A stretch of DNA of 63,561 nt, counting the filler, from Octopus bimaculoides (lineage: Eukaryota): the NCBI RefSeq assembly GCF_001194135.2. It is 8 parts of 8 records of this genome, joined end to end, with 100 filler letters (N's around TTAATTAATTAA, not from the genome) between each part and the next. Parts side by side here need not be neighbours in the genome. Positions count along the whole stretch, not along the records: positions 1 to 14,685 come from NC_068986.1; 7 more parts are not named here. One strand, given 5' to 3'. The first letter of the stretch is position 1. Each line of letters begins with the position of its first letter. Below, piece after piece: positions 1-13,690 of the stretch. A model generated the notes under the pieces. That model worked only from the letters and a program-made list of their open reading frames with translations, was not told the DNA's origin and did not search any database. A program made the translations under genes and the position numbers.

Positions 1-37
<37 letters not shown>

Positions 38-296
38 CTTACGATGAATGTAAACAAACCGATGTTTGCATTAGAATTGCCGAAATGTGTATTGTGCGAT
101 ACAAACAAGGTAATAATTTATTTTGAAACGCATAAATGCTGACAGAACAGCAAAGACAGGATAAAAGTGGAAAAATATGTCAGCAACCAGCTATGAGACT
201 GTATGTATATATGTATGTATGCATGTATGTATGTATGTATGTATGTATGTATGTATGTATGTATGTATGCGTGTGTGTATGTATGCATGCATGTAT

Positions 297-402
297 ATTC
301 AGTTTATTTCAAGATTGCTTGCCAACAGACAAAGAACCGGTTTCTAACCTAGATCCAAGGCTCTTTCATTGAAATTTCAACATCAACAGGGTATTTTTGC
401 TT
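297..402. repeat. ~105-bp dispersed element embedded in (ATGT)n arrays, copy 1
   Basis: ATTCAGTTTATTTCAAGA...AAAGAACCGGTTTCTAACCTAGATCCAAGGCTC...GGGTATTTTTGC recurs at 33063-33168; (ATGT)n on both sides in both copies. Confidence 0.8.
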
Positions 403-937
403 GCATGTATGTATGTATGTATGCATGCATGTATGTATGTATATATTTATGTATGTATGTATGTATGTATGTATGAGAATGAATGAATGAATGAATGAAT
501 GAATGTGTGGCTACAGCTGCACCTCAAGGACGAGCTCTTCATTTTCTTCCATAGTTGCTCTCCATAACTTGTAAGACAGATGGATGCCGTATGCATACAC
601 TGTATATGCATACATATCGTGTAGTCGACTTCCTCCACCTCATACAATCATAATAAACATGGCTTCGCCGGTGGCTCTGATCCATTTAGATCATCCTTAA
701 ACTTTCAATAGGATTGAATACTAGTACACGTTTTCATGCAATATATGTTTGTTGTACGGCTTTTTTAAAATTATTATTCTCTTTTCAAATGCTAGGTTAC
801 TTCAATTGCATCTGTGCGATTTTTAGACCAAATGGTTATTTATGTGAACCAAATGGTTATTTATTCCGCCAAGAGTGTATCCTGACATGGTTTTATTACT
901 AACCATATTTAGATACCATAAATGGATATAATAGTCT

Positions 938-1185
938 TTTCTACTAAAAGCACAAGGCCTGAAATTTGGGGTGGGGGGACTAATCGATTACATTGACCCC
1001 AGTGGTATTTAATTTATTGACCCCACTGCAACTTAATTTATTGACCCCACTGGTACTTAATTTATCGACCCCAAAAGGATGTAAGGTGATGTCGACCTCG
1101 ATAGAATTCTAACTCAGAACAAAGATGGACTGAATGCCGTTTGGTATTTCGCCCGGCCTGCTAACGATTCCGCCAGCTCGCAGCT
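938..1185 (-). mobile_element. tRNA-headed SINE family 1 (tail A)
   Basis: Reverse complement matches the copies at 19380-19530 and 40106-40310 (GAGTTCAAATTC B-box, GGGGTCGATAAATTAAGTACC core, AAATTTCAGGCCTTGTGC tail). Confidence 0.8.
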
Positions 1186-1789
1186 GGACATAATAGTATA
1201 GAAACAGAACAGAAGCAAGTGATAAGATAGAACCACCAACCTACCTGTTACCATCTCAACATTACTAATCATCCTGCTGCCTTTTCCTCAACCGTTTCTG
1301 AAGTCTAGTAATAAATTCATGTTTATTAATTAAGATTGCAGTTTTGAAGCTATTAGCTACAATTACCAATTTCCATGATTAATTTTGATTGTTAATTAGG
1401 TTGCCAATAACAATCGTCAGTTGTAATTATAAACGAAGATACTTAATTATAAAGTTGATATTGTTTTCTAACGGACGCATAATGTTTTGATATAGCAAGA
1501 AAAACCTGAAACAAGAAAAGAATACAAAAGCAACGAAGGCCCAGAATGCAGTTGGTGTCATGTGAGCTGTGTGTTTATTCATGTAATTTTTTATGAATTT
1601 TGTTGTTTTTGTCTTTCTTTCTTGTTTTCAGTCGTCTATCTCTTGTTATTGAAACTCGAAACTTCAATGCACTGGATTAGCAGAATCAGCAGAGCGTCGG
1701 ACAAAGTACATTGCAGTATTTAGTTGCATATCTTTACGTTCTGAATTCAAATTGACTTAGACATTGTCGTTGGTCTTTCTGATTTTTAC

Positions 1790-2040
1790 AAGGTGAATTT
1801 AACCCAGCGTATCAGAAACCCATGAAAGCCACATTTATTCTCTACCCTTTCTACAACATATCGCATGATCTGCTGTATGTAATACAGATATTTAGGGATA
1901 GATATGCAAGAAATCATACCGGCTTGTGAAATCCCGATCACACTAACAATGGTAAGTGCAAACCTTTTCGTGATCACTTCGACCAAATCTTTACTGGGGC
2001 CGATATAACTGCTTAAACCTTTACAAGTATGGCAGCAGTC
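1790..2040 (-). pseudogene. L1/Tx1-like reverse transcriptase fragment (degenerate)
   Basis: Translation KDLVEVITKRFALTIVSVIG...QQIMRYVVERVENKCGFHGFLI resembles the RT stretch KILAKVLAxRL...NLHLMRYIIERV...GxLI. Confidence 0.55.
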
Positions 2041-2439
2041 CAATACCTAAGACTAGCGAAACTGTAAAAGAGTAACCGTATTTAAATTAACTAAGCCTTC
2101 CCTTAACCCTGAGACCTGGTATTTGCATTAGATATCATTATTGTTAAACCTGGAAAGAGCAGCGCGGTAGAGTGACATAATCGGCAGGCGAGCGGACAAA
2201 ACGCCTTATTGTAGTTATGCTTCTTTATCTCCTGGTTTGAAGTCCCACCAAAGTTGACGCTGATAATCATGAATCCGAATTCGATAGAATAAAAGTACCA
2301 TTTACTACTTCGCTAGATAAAGTGACAATACATTTCCCTAAATATTTACGACTTTATGCCAGGATCTGAAATAACCATTGATTGAAGCCAACAAGGAAGC
2401 CTTTACACAATCGATACGCTGCAGAAAACACTGTTCAGT

Positions 2440-3560
2440 TGATATTCGTCGATACTTAAAGTCACCCAACGAACGTTGTCGCTCTTACTGACCACTAATT
2501 CTCTTTAGAATGCAAGAGTTGACACCGACTGCACCCAATAGCTTGTAGAGATCTATGAGCACCTAACATTCCAGATGCCAAATTCCCAATTTTAGTGTTT
2601 GCTTAACCCAGGGTTGCAGGTCCGTCAATAGACGAGCTAAGGGAAAACATGTCTCACGAAAGAAATCACACTTGCTCCTTCGGCATACGATGGACTTTAT
2701 AACTAAAGAAACGTATCCCTTCCACAAGAAACGTAAGATGAAAGCTAGAGCAAGACATGGCGGTTAACTGGTTATAAACAACAGAGGTAATGTAGGTTTC
2801 GCTGCTTCTACCCAACCTCTCAGAAATAGTTTCTCTTAGCCTATACAAGCTCTTTCTCGTAACTTCTTCCTAGTTCCTATCCAACTAGAAGTCTGGCGCA
2901 GACCAGATCACAAACATCTTAATAGAACGTATGTCAAGTGGCTCACGAGGCCGACCGGTGTCCACTTAGCTCCTCAGGTAACGAAACCGCTGGCTTACCT
3001 TTGTCAATGCGCATTCCTATTTCCAATACGTATTCTTTCAACTAAATGCTAACCATCTTGATTTCCGTATTTTCTGACACCATCAATGTAATGTCGCTAT
3101 CGAATGACAACACAGATCTTCAGCGCCATAGTTCTCAACATGGTTAGCATCTGCAGCAAAGGCTGAAGACTTAAAACGTACAGGGGCGATGATAGAGCAT
3201 TCTATGATCCATTGTGTAACTCAAAGAGCTTCCAATAAGTATCAATGTAATCTAATCGCCGAACAGATTTCACAATTTTGAAGCTATCTTGCTTCTAAAT
3301 TCCGGTTACACAGAGGATACTCGCCAGTTATTGAAAACCAACCTTGCCAAAGGCTTTAGATTTAACCAATTAAATCAGAACACCGTCGAAACTAGATTTA
3401 TTCGATGCTTTCCTTACTATATATTGCATGATGTGGAGATTGTTGAGTATAGAACTGCAAGAAATCGCATGTCTTTACATTCCCGATCACATACGGACAA
3501 CAAATACCAACCTATTCGCGAACACTGTGGCCAAATCTTAAATTCTGCATCCATCTGAAA
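2440..3560 (-). pseudogene. L1/Tx1-like reverse transcriptase remnant
   Basis: Interrupted frames give NNLHIMQYIVRK...GVLI*LVKSKAFGKV (DQSKAFDRV-like), SAFAAD (AFADD-like), GMRIDKGK and RFRYL; many stops and frameshifts. Confidence 0.65.
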
Positions 3561-3599
3561 TTTGAGCTGGAAGTTGGAGGCACCTTGACTACGTCCTTC

Positions 3600-3760
3600 C
3601 TCGGCAGCGCTGCTCAGTTGTTAATGGATAACCCTGCGATGGACTAGCCTTCCCATTAGAAGGAATGCTGGCCTACTCGCCTAGCCAACTGGGTGGCATC
3701 ATTCGAAAACTAAAACGATGTGAAGTATATTGTGACATGCGATATATAACAACATCCGAT
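3600..3760 (+). mobile_element. SINE fragment with conserved central domain
   Basis: TAACCCTGCGATGGACTAGCCTTCCC resembles the central domain shared by several metazoan SINEs; related sequence at 12860-12905. Confidence 0.4.
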
Positions 3761-4419
3761 AGTCTGATATATCTATTGAGTTCTAGTCTCATTAACTGAC
3801 TGAAGTTTGCTTCAAGTTTACTTCAACTAATTCTATTGCAACTATACCACAAAAGAATGCATCTGATATCAAATAGATCCTCCGTCGATTTCGGCGATGA
3901 GTACTCAGTTATTTGATCAACAGAATGGCATAAATGCTTATTGACAGCGTAAATAAATTTCATAGTCATTCACATAAAGATGTTGATTATCCAACAAAAG
4001 ATAAAATTGATCAGTTTCTGCTTCTGCATTACTTTTTTAGTATTTCCTACAGGTATGGTTATCATATCCACCACTGAAAATATTTGATTTGTGCTCTGTA
4101 AAAAGTTATATTTGATGAAATGTGTGGAAAAAATTAAGGAAATCTGAAAAATCGTCTTTCATTAAAAATATCCCTGAGAGTACCTGTTTCACGCAGCATT
4201 AGTTTTTTTTTTTTTTTTTTTNNNNNNNNNNAGCATTAGTTTTTTTTTTTTTTTGTTTTGTTTGCTTTTTGGTTCTTTCGGTTTTTTGCTTGTTTGTTTT
4301 CTTTTTTTGTTTTTTGTTGTTCTTTTTAATGGAAAAACCGTTTTCCGCAGTTAACAATAATAAAATCTTGAGCGAATATATCCGTTTTCCGTGTTCGAAA
4401 GGTTAATGTGTAAAGCGGC

Positions 4420-4650
4420 TGAGTATTCCCTAAGCACATGCAATCATAATGTAATTACATGAAAGAATCAATGCAACACGGTGTGACATAACTAGATCAT
4501 TGAATTACAGGTACAAACAATTGCCGTCCGCCTAATTTCTCTCACAAGAGGCTACGATAGAAGCTACTTACCCAAGATGTCTAACAGTGGGATAGAACCC
4601 GTGACCTCGAGATTGTAAAGTAAACTTCTGAACCATTCAACCAAGCAGAG
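4420..4650 (-). mobile_element. SINE family 2 variant, degenerate
   Basis: CTCACAAGAGGCTACGATAGAAGC...CCCAAG...AGTGGGATAGAACCC parallels 32400-32480. Confidence 0.5.
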
Positions 4651-4714
4651 TCCAGAGGATTTGATAGGTATATATCATAATTGATATTTATAATTAATCC
4701 TTTTATAATAAAGG

Positions 4715-4915
4715 CAAAAGACCTGAAATTTGGTAAGAAAGGTGATACTCGATAACATTAACCTCGGTACGTAACTGTATTTATTTTAACGTTCTCCAAA
4801 TAACGACAGGCAAAGTCAGCTTCGGCGAGATTTGAACTCAGAACGTATAGTCGGAACAATTGCCGTTAAAATATTTTTCTGGACTTGCTAACTTTTCTGC
4901 CAGCTCATCGCCTAA
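4715..4915 (-). mobile_element. tRNA-headed SINE family 1
   Basis: AAAGTCAGCTTCGGCGAGATTTGAACTCAGAACGTA...CTGCCAGCTC matches the family 1 head in reverse. Confidence 0.7.
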
Positions 4916-5771
4916 TAGTTATGATTAATTATGTTATTTTCCTTTTTTTTTTTTTTTTTTTTTTTTTTGTTAATCTGACAGTTAAAAGATTCAAGTTTTC
5001 ACAACGTCTTTAGTGTGAATCTTCCCCACTGAAGTATCATCTTAGATGACAAATATCCTGCAAAACTAACACTCCATTTGACACAATCATTTTAATTGGC
5101 AATTATATTTTTGCATCGCCAGCACGTTAGAACATGAATTAACGAATTGATAAACATTACACAGTTCATTTGAAATTAGCTCATAATTTATACACTGCAC
5201 ATAATTACGTATATTTTATTGAGAAGTGAGTTTCTTAACCACTTATATACGTATATAATTCTGAGTATACAATGTATACAGGATATCGAAACTTGTTTTT
5301 GTAAAACCCCTCCAAATTTAATAATTTTTATCGAAGTAAACAAAAATAGTCAGAAAAGGGGAATATGGTTGTCTGAAACAATTGATGAACAAGATTCTGC
5401 TGTGCATAGTGAGACAGCATAACTGTATCCTGGAGTTAGTTTGGCTGGAACATAAAAGCATTCGATTTTGTTCTATGCGAGAGGCTAAGCTTGCCCGCGA
5501 TACTACGAGGGACCTTTACGCAGTTGCTCGACCTGCGCGAAAAAGAAACCAAATTTCCTTTACATTACGCGTCGTCACAGAAAACAAAGCGTACATTGGA
5601 TAATGTGACCGGAAGTTTACTCTGCCGTGGAAAGAGCCGTAATGATCAAGACTAGAATGTCTTCGATTAACCAGAAAGAGAGAGAGAGAGAGAGAGAGAG
5701 AGTGAGNNNNNNNNNNNNNNNNNNNNNNNNNNNNNNNNNNNNNNNNNNNNNNNNNNNNNNNNNNNNNNNNN

Positions 5772-5809
<38 letters not shown>

Positions 5810-6744
5810 CTGTGACTAAATAAGAACATTTACAAAACTGAAATGATAACTGAAAATATAATATAAGCGACTTTATCATAAGCCATTATCCTGGAAGCAA
5901 ATAAAGAAGTTGAGAGAGTATGTACCTTAGAAGGATATTTTGAGATTATTCTTTTACGATTCTGGCAATAAATCTCGCCTATATTTATACTTAGCAAATT
6001 TAAAAGGTATATTATCGAATCTAGTTAAACAGAAATACCAGTCTCATACAGCTTCTTTATTAATGACTTTATGTATTAAGAATATAGTCTGTACGAATAG
6101 TTATCTTGACCTTCTCTCAGGACTGGACTTGGACCGAGGTATGTGTATTGTACATGATTATGAAACGAGAAGTAATTAGAAGCCAGTATGTGGACATTTA
6201 TACATCTCCGATATTTGTTGATGAATGCTAGATGTGCCTTGGGATTGACGAGTAATTATCTTAAGATGGCGTCTGTATCTAAGAATGTGCAAACATGGAA
6301 TACTACATAACAACGACGAGAGAAATAGGGCAGTTAGAGTTCTCTGTATGCAGTAAATCAATATTCTACAATATTAATATCAACAATTGGTTTGCTTCAT
6401 TTTCATGCTGGATGAGATCCAAACCACAGATAGAAAAAAGCTCTGAAATTATTGACTGCCACTAGGAACTTTCAGATTAACAAAGATATTGACCGCCTGT
6501 ATTTCAAACGAAAATACGATGAAAGAGTTGTATCGGTTGAAATAACATTTATATTACGCCTCTAATAATATTCATCAAACACCGTTTGTTCTGATGCACG
6601 AATGGATGAGGTTTACATGTTTGAAAAGAATAACATTACGAGGATTGGCAAAGAACGTCTAAGTAACGTGCAAGTAGCCATAATTATTTTGACTGACACT
6701 GGTCGCTCAAATTGCGCATGTTGTCAAAGTTTCTATACAAAGGT

Positions 6745-7760
6745 ACGACTGAACATAATCTCCATTTTAAGGGATGTATTTGCGCCATCCCTGAACACAA
6801 ACTCTCAAATCCTCTTTCAAAAAAAATCAGGTATTCATTGTTGTACACACTTCTTCACAGCCACTTTCACCTCGTCTTTGTCACCAAATACTTGTCACCG
6901 AAGACTGTCCTTCATTGAACTGAACAGGTGGAAGTTGGAGAGAGCTAGATCCGGAATGCTGGAATACTAGCCAAGTATAAGAATACTGACCAACCCAATT
7001 TGCCGTTTGTCTAATTTAATGCCAATGATGTATGTCATTGTGTGGGGGATATGGATCGTTTGCTTATTCTTCTTTGGCTTCTTCTTCCTAATAGTTTCTC
7101 CAAACATTTTGGGTGGCTCAATGTACATGCTACAGCAAGAAAACAAAAAGAATGATACTCTCTTCATTCCAAAATAGTCACCATGACTTTATTTTCCAAT
7201 CAATGGCTCTTGAAATTCTTAGCCTTAGAGAAGAGACTGAGTCTTTCTGTGTAGAACATAAAGATACGCACACGTTTCATCTCCTGTCATCGGATCGAGA
7301 AAAGACATGCCTTCATTGACTTCAAACGCTTCAAACAGACTAGAGCAAACTTCCACTCTTCTCTCTTTCAAATCGAGTACCAACTAACGAGGTAACCACT
7401 TGGCACCTATTTTTCGACTCCCAAAATTTTCCATCACCTTCTCTTCTATGCATTGTAAGCACAGTCTAGTTGTATAGCAAGATCACAGATTGATACTTGA
7501 TCATCTCTTGCGCCGTGTTGTTTATTCAATGGTACTTACCCACTCTTTAAATTACTTCATCCATCTGTGCATACAATTCTTGTCATTAGTGTCAACTCCA
7601 TAAATGACCTGTAGCCTTCTGTGGATGTCAAGAACTCAATGACGTGTGCTGCTTCTGCTTTTTTTCCAGCAGCCATATACGTGACACTAAATTTTTTCTG
7701 GTATTCTAAATGTTTGTTTATGGCGAATATTTCACAAGTTAAATAATTTGCTGTCATACT
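6745..7760 (-). mobile_element. Degenerate mariner transposase remnant
   Basis: Minus-strand frames: HVIEFLTSTEG (N-terminus), KIGAKWLPR (WVPR-like), FLDPMTGDET, YSSIPDLALSNFHLF (YSPDLAPSDFHLF-like), FFERGF. Confidence 0.7.
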
Positions 7761-8769
7761 TATGTAATGTATACATATTTTGTTCTGGTTAATATTAGAT
7801 GCGAGTCTGCATTGATAATGATTTTTCTAGGTCATTTCTTTTCAGTTAACATAATTCCTCTGAATTATAATCATATTTGTGGTCTGATATTTAGAATTAC
7901 CCATCAATTTTTATAAATAAAGGATTATGGTGTGTTAAGGAAGTTTATAGGTTAATTTGAGAGAATATAAGTTTAACTTTTATATCTATATCTTAGAGAA
8001 AAGTACAACTTCACGAGAAGGGAGCCGTGTATCTTTTTCCAAAAAGGGTGCTAACACTGATTGAATGCTATATATTAAGCGTGTCTGCTGCGTTATCTTT
8101 GGCACGGTTACGTATTTTTGAGATATTTAATTATTTCTCATACTACTTGCTAGTTCATTATTGCTGCTTCTCTTGCTACGAGGTTTCGTCATATGATATG
8201 GTCGAGATTCTATTACCTGAGCATGTGGGTATATTTCTAAGAAGACGCGAAGACGCGATGGGTGGTAGCAATTATGAGTTATATATATATATATATATAT
8301 NNNNNNNNNNNNNNNNNNNNNNNNNNNNNNNNNNNNNNNNNNNNNNNNNNNNNNNNNNNNNNNNNNNNNNNNNNNNNNNNNNNNNNNNNNNNNNNNNNNN
8401 NNNNNNNNNNNNNNNNNNNNNNNNNNNNNNNNNNNNNNNNNNNNNNNNNNNNNNNNNNNNNNNNNNNNNNNNNNNNNNNNNNNNNNNNNNNNNNNNNNNN
8501 NNNNNNNNNNNNNNNNNNNNNNNNNNNNNNNNNNNNNNNNNNNNNNNNNNNNNNNNNNNNNNNNNNNNNNNNNNNNNNNNNNNNNNNNNNNNNNNNNNNN
8601 NNNNNNNNNNNNNNNNNNNNNNNNNNNNNNNNNNNNNNNNNNNNNNNNNNNNNNNNNNNNNNNNNNNNNNNAATTAAGTTGAAAATTAATAAAAACGAAA
8701 TAGATTTGAGATTTTTTATAAGTTTCTGGCTCATGCTTACCTTAAAAAATCTGAGTTAAATATTTTCAA

Positions 8770-8929
8770 CCATGGTCAAGTGTTTAAGAAGCTTGCTTTG
8801 CAATCACGTGGTTTGGGGTTCAGTCCCACTGCATGGTACTTTATTCAAAGGCCTTCTACTGTGGTTCCGGGACGACCAATGCCTTGTAAGTGAGTTTTGT
8901 AGACAGAAACAGTGTGGAAATCCGTCGTT

Positions 8930-8996
<67 letters not shown>

Positions 8997-9215
8997 GTGT
9001 GTGTGTGTTTTCCCCCACTAACACCACCAACGCTTGAAAACTGATGTTGGTTTGTTTACGTTCTTGTAACTTAGCGTCTCAACCTAAGAGATCGATAGAA
9101 TATGTTACAGACTTAAGAATAAGTGCGGAAATCGATTTGTTCGCTTGAAAACTCATAAGGAGGTGTCCGACCAAGCCTGCAGTCCAATGACTGCAATAAG
9201 CAAAAAAATATAAAA
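8770..9215 (+). mobile_element. SINE family 2 (tRNA-like head, internal microsatellite, tail)
   Basis: Head GGGTTCAGTCCCACTGCATGG, internal (TA)n(GT)n, tail TGTTTACGTTCTTGTAACTTAGCG...CGATAGAATA, as in other copies. Confidence 0.75.
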
Positions 9216-10090
9216 GGTAATAAAATTTATATTAAAAACTGAAAATTGCTATTCTATCATGCTCTGTTTTACATTTTTGTTTCGTTTTGTTTTCCTTAGT
9301 TTTTTTTACGAGCTAGCTGTAATTGTGCTGTGGCGTTATATAAAGTCTGCAGCTTTTAAAATTAGAAATTTAGTCAGAAATAGGTAACAAGGAATTCTGA
9401 CCAGTTGGCTGAAAATGTATTTTTATCTATAATGAATGTTTCCAATCAGTATTTTTCTAAATTTTTATATTGATACTATCTAGGATGTTTTTACTAAATA
9501 TTCGTGCTTTTTACCTTAAGCTTGACTGAATTAATGATTTTAGCTGTAAGATGAAGTGAAGTTATTCTAAAATTTTAGCTTATGTTCCTTAATAGTAATG
9601 TACGGTTTTTAGTGGAAGAAATGTATATCACCAATGTGAAGATTCACCAATAATAAACTTTAGGTGTATTTTTATAATTGCTAGTAATGGTGTTTGTTAG
9701 TAGATTATGATATAGTATAGATGATTGTACAGCATATATAAATATATACAAAGATATGTATATACAATGTACATAATTATGTGCAGTTATCAAAACGCTA
9801 AAATTGTAAATATGTTTTTACTGTTATTCATTATAAGATTGTGTGTGTATGTCTGTGTGTGTGCGTGTGTGCGTGTATGTGTCTGTGTCTGTGTCTATGA
9901 GCGCGTGATATCCGTGTGAGCATATGTGTGTGTGTACAAAATGGAGAGAAAGAGAGAGATAGACAGCGAGACATATAGCATTCCTGTAAGAGCTAGAAAG
10001 TTCTATATTATGGTGCAAGTATCGTGAACCAACCGGTAAGCACCACGCAAGATTAGTTTAGAGAAAATCTGATTTTGAGTGCCTACGTAT

Positions 10091-10156
<66 letters not shown>

Positions 10157-11491
10157 TAAATCGCACACACGCACATATATGTAGGATTGAGACAGAGGTA
10201 TAGTAAGATTTATNNNNNNNNNNNNNNNNNNNNNNNNNNNNNNNNNNNNNNNNNNNNNNNNNNNNNNNNNNNNNNNNNNNNNNNNNNNNNNNNNNNNNNN
10301 NNNNNNNNNNNNNNNNNNNNNNNNNNNNNNNNNNNNNNNNNNNNNNNNNNNNNNNNNNNNNNNNNNNNNNNNNNNNNNNNNNNNNNNNNNNNNNNNNNNN
10401 NNNNNNNNNNNNNNNNNNNNNNNNNNNNNNNNNNNNNNNNNNNNNNNNNNNNNNNNNNNNNNNNNNNNNNNNNNNNNNNNNNNNNNNNNNNNNNNNNNNN
10501 NNNNNNNNNNNNNNNNNNNNNNNNNNNNNNNNNNNNNNNNNNNNNNNNNNNNNNNNNNNNNNNNNNNNNNNNNNNNNNNNNTATATATATATATATATAT
10601 ATATATTAGACTATGTTATTATATATATTCATATATTCATGTACAAGCATAGATAGTAGGTATCGGTATATATTTATGTTTGCATAATTATAGCCGTGTG
10701 TTACAGTATCCGACTTCAAAAAGAACTATTTCCATGACTATAAGGGCACAGGCAACTCTGTAGAAACATACACTTGCACACATATATACTTATATATACA
10801 TGTGTGTGAGTTTGTGTGTGTGTGTGTGTGTGCGCGCGCGCGCTGATATGAAGAGTGAGAGAGAAATAGAAAGGAGAGTGTGTATGTATGTGTGTATATT
10901 TATACATATGTTATATGCGTGTGAAAAAAGAAACTATATATAGTTTCTTGCGTGTATGTTTACTTGCGTGCTTGTGTGGTTGTGCGCGTATTAGCGAGTG
11001 AGTTTGCAATTGCACTGAACCAGACACAAGAAAGGTAGCGTCGCTGGTTTTTGTAGTTATGTAATATAGCTTGCTGCTGGTGTGTCTTAGTAGTGTGGCT
11101 GGGTTGTTTGGAAGACACTTATTTTAGCAATAGTACACACACGCACACACACACACATACTAACACACACACACACTCACACACACACACACACACTCAC
11201 ACACATTCACACACACACACACACACATATAAATAGAAATAGAGTGAGTGAGTGAGAGAGAGAGAAAGGGAAAGATAGAAAGGGAGTATACCTTGTGTGT
11301 ACAAATAGATGTACGATTGCTACTTTTGAGCTTAGAGTTCCACGTAGATTTTATAGGTGTGCGTGTGTGTGTGTGTGTGTGTGTTTACGTGTGCACATGT
11401 GTTTATTGGTGAGTATGTTTGTATATGTATATATAAGCATTTGTAGATGGGTGGATGAATATGTATATATGTATATATGCATGCAGACAGG

Positions 11492-11542
<51 letters not shown>

Positions 11543-12092
11543 NNNNNNNNNNNNNNNNNNNNNNNNNNNNNNNNNNNNNNNNNNNNNNNNNNNNNNNNNN
11601 NNNNNNNNNNNNNNNNNNNNNNNNNNNNNNNNNNNNNNNNNNNNNNNNNNNNNNNNNNNNNNNNNNNNNNNNNNNNNNNNNNNNNNNNNNNNNNNNNNNN
11701 NNNNNNNNNNNNNNNNNNNNNNNNNNNNNNNNNNNNNNNNNNNNNNNNNNNNNNNNNNNNNNNNNNNNNNNNNNNNNNNNNNNNNNNNNTACATACATAC
11801 ACGCATGCATACATAAATACATACACAAACACCTACATACATACATAAATATATACACATACACATACACATACACCAACATACATATATACATAAATAC
11901 ATACACACACACACATACATACATACATACATACATACATACATACATACACACATATAACCAAACCCATAACGAGTAAAAGAGTCTGAAGTTGTTGCCG
12001 TGTAACATGACACCAGAATTTGGAGCAGCAGAAATAAGAAACTCAGCGGCAGCATTCCATCATTCTTTTATCAACATGATGTCGATCATCTT

Positions 12093-12093
12093 C

Positions 12094-12136
<43 letters not shown>

Positions 12137-12213
12137 GCTGTTCTTGTTGTTATTGTTGTTGCTGTTCTTGTTGTTGTTGTTGTTGTCATCGTTGTTGTCG
12201 TTGTTGTTGTTGT
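12093..12213. repeat. (TTG)n microsatellite
   Basis: Direct reading; produces spurious poly-C/poly-L ORFs. Confidence 0.95.
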
Positions 12214-12444
12214 TTAGCCCCAGGACACTTCGGATCGAACAGATGTATGATCAAAGTCGTAGCTGTTCCAACAGCTTTATTTTTCAACCGTTGTATCGAA
12301 GAGTCCATTATTCAACTTGTCTTTTCTACTTTCTTTTCATATGTTAGGGTATGAGTTGGAGGCTATTTGGCTGCTATTTCTAGTAAGATTAATTCCGTTC
12401 GTTACACGTTCGTTGTTCCTATCATTACTGTAGATGCTAAGTCT

Positions 12445-12650
12445 GTGAGCAGGCAGAATCGTTAACACGTCGGATTAAATGCTTAACGGTATTTCTTTCG
12501 GTTCCTTACGTTGTGAACTTAAATCCCGCCTAGATTAACGTTATCTTTTTTCCCTTCGGGATAAAATAAAGTATCAGTCACGTGTTTGAGTGATGTAATC
12601 GACTAACTCCTGCCTTAACATTGCTGGCTTTTTACCGAAATTTGGAACAA
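12445..12650 (+). mobile_element. tRNA-headed SINE family 1
   Basis: GGCAGAATCGTTAACACGTCGG...ATAAAGTATCAGT...GTAATCGACTAACTCC. Confidence 0.7.
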
Positions 12651-12753
12651 AATTCTTATTGTTCATGTTGCGTTGTTATTGCTGCTGCTGCTGTTGCTGC
12701 TGCCACTGCTACTGCTACTGCTGCTTAGCCACTGTCCCAGTTCAGTTTGCAAA

Positions 12754-12965
12754 GGCGCATGGCTAAGTGGTTACGGTTTCGCAGTCACGATGTTCAGATC
12801 GTGAGGTTTCGATTCTCGGAACAGACATTGCTTTCTGTATTCGTATTCCAGCTACTGTAACTGGGAAGTCAACGCTTCGACAGACTGTCATCCCGTCCAG
12901 GACGTATCAGTGTTGTTATCTCAGTCACTTATATACTAAGGAAACCGGGTTAAGATCCGACCTTA
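12754..12965 (+). mobile_element. tRNA-headed SINE with central domain
   Basis: GGCGCATGGCTAAGTGGTTA A-box, GGTTTCGATTC B-box, CATCCCGTCCAGG core. Confidence 0.6.
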
Positions 12966-13069
12966 TAATCTCTTGGACTCATGGCAGACCTGGTCAGTTC
13001 ACATCGAGAAAATCTTTTACTGAAAGACATACCATCCGTAATCATCCCATCTTGTTGTCAAACATATTG

Positions 13070-13138
<69 letters not shown>

Positions 13139-13472
13139 NNNNNNNNNNNNNNNNNNNNNNNNNNNNNNNNNNNNNNNNNNNNNNNNNNNNNNNNNNNNNN
13201 NNNNNNNNNNNNNNNNNNNNNNNNNNNNNNNNNNNNNNNNNNNNNNNNNNNNNNNNNNNNNNNNNNNNNNNNNNNNNNNNNNNNNNNNNNNNNNNNNNNN
13301 NNNNNNNNNNNNNNNNNNNNNNNNNNNNNNNNNNNNNNNNNNNNNNNNNNNNNNNNNNNNNNNNNNNNNNNNNNNNNNNNNNNNNNNNNNNNNNNNNNNN
13401 NNNNNNNNNNNNNNNNNNNNNNNNNNNNNNNNNNNNNNNNNNNNNNNNNNNNNNNNNNNNNNNNNNNNNNNN

Positions 13473-13690
13473 GCCACCACCACCCCACCACCACCACCGC
13501 TTGACAACTGATGTTGGTGTGTTTACATCCCTGTAACTTAGCGGTTCGGCAAAAGAAATCGATAGAATAAGTGCCAGACTTTTTTAAAATGTACTAAGAT
13601 TGATTCATTCGATTAAAAATTCTTCAAAACGGTGCCCCAGCATGGCCGCAATCTAATAACTGAGGCAAGAGAAGGATAAAAGATAAGGTG
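13473..13690 (+). mobile_element. SINE family 2, 3' half
   Basis: CGCTTGACAACTGATGTTGGTGTGTTTACATCCCTGTAACTTAGCGGTTCGGC...GGTGCCCCAGCATGGCCGCA. Confidence 0.8.

Noticed and set aside
4041-4052. 12-nt micro-exon TATTTCCTACAG between AG and GT
   Set aside because: No supporting neighbouring exons; indistinguishable from chance
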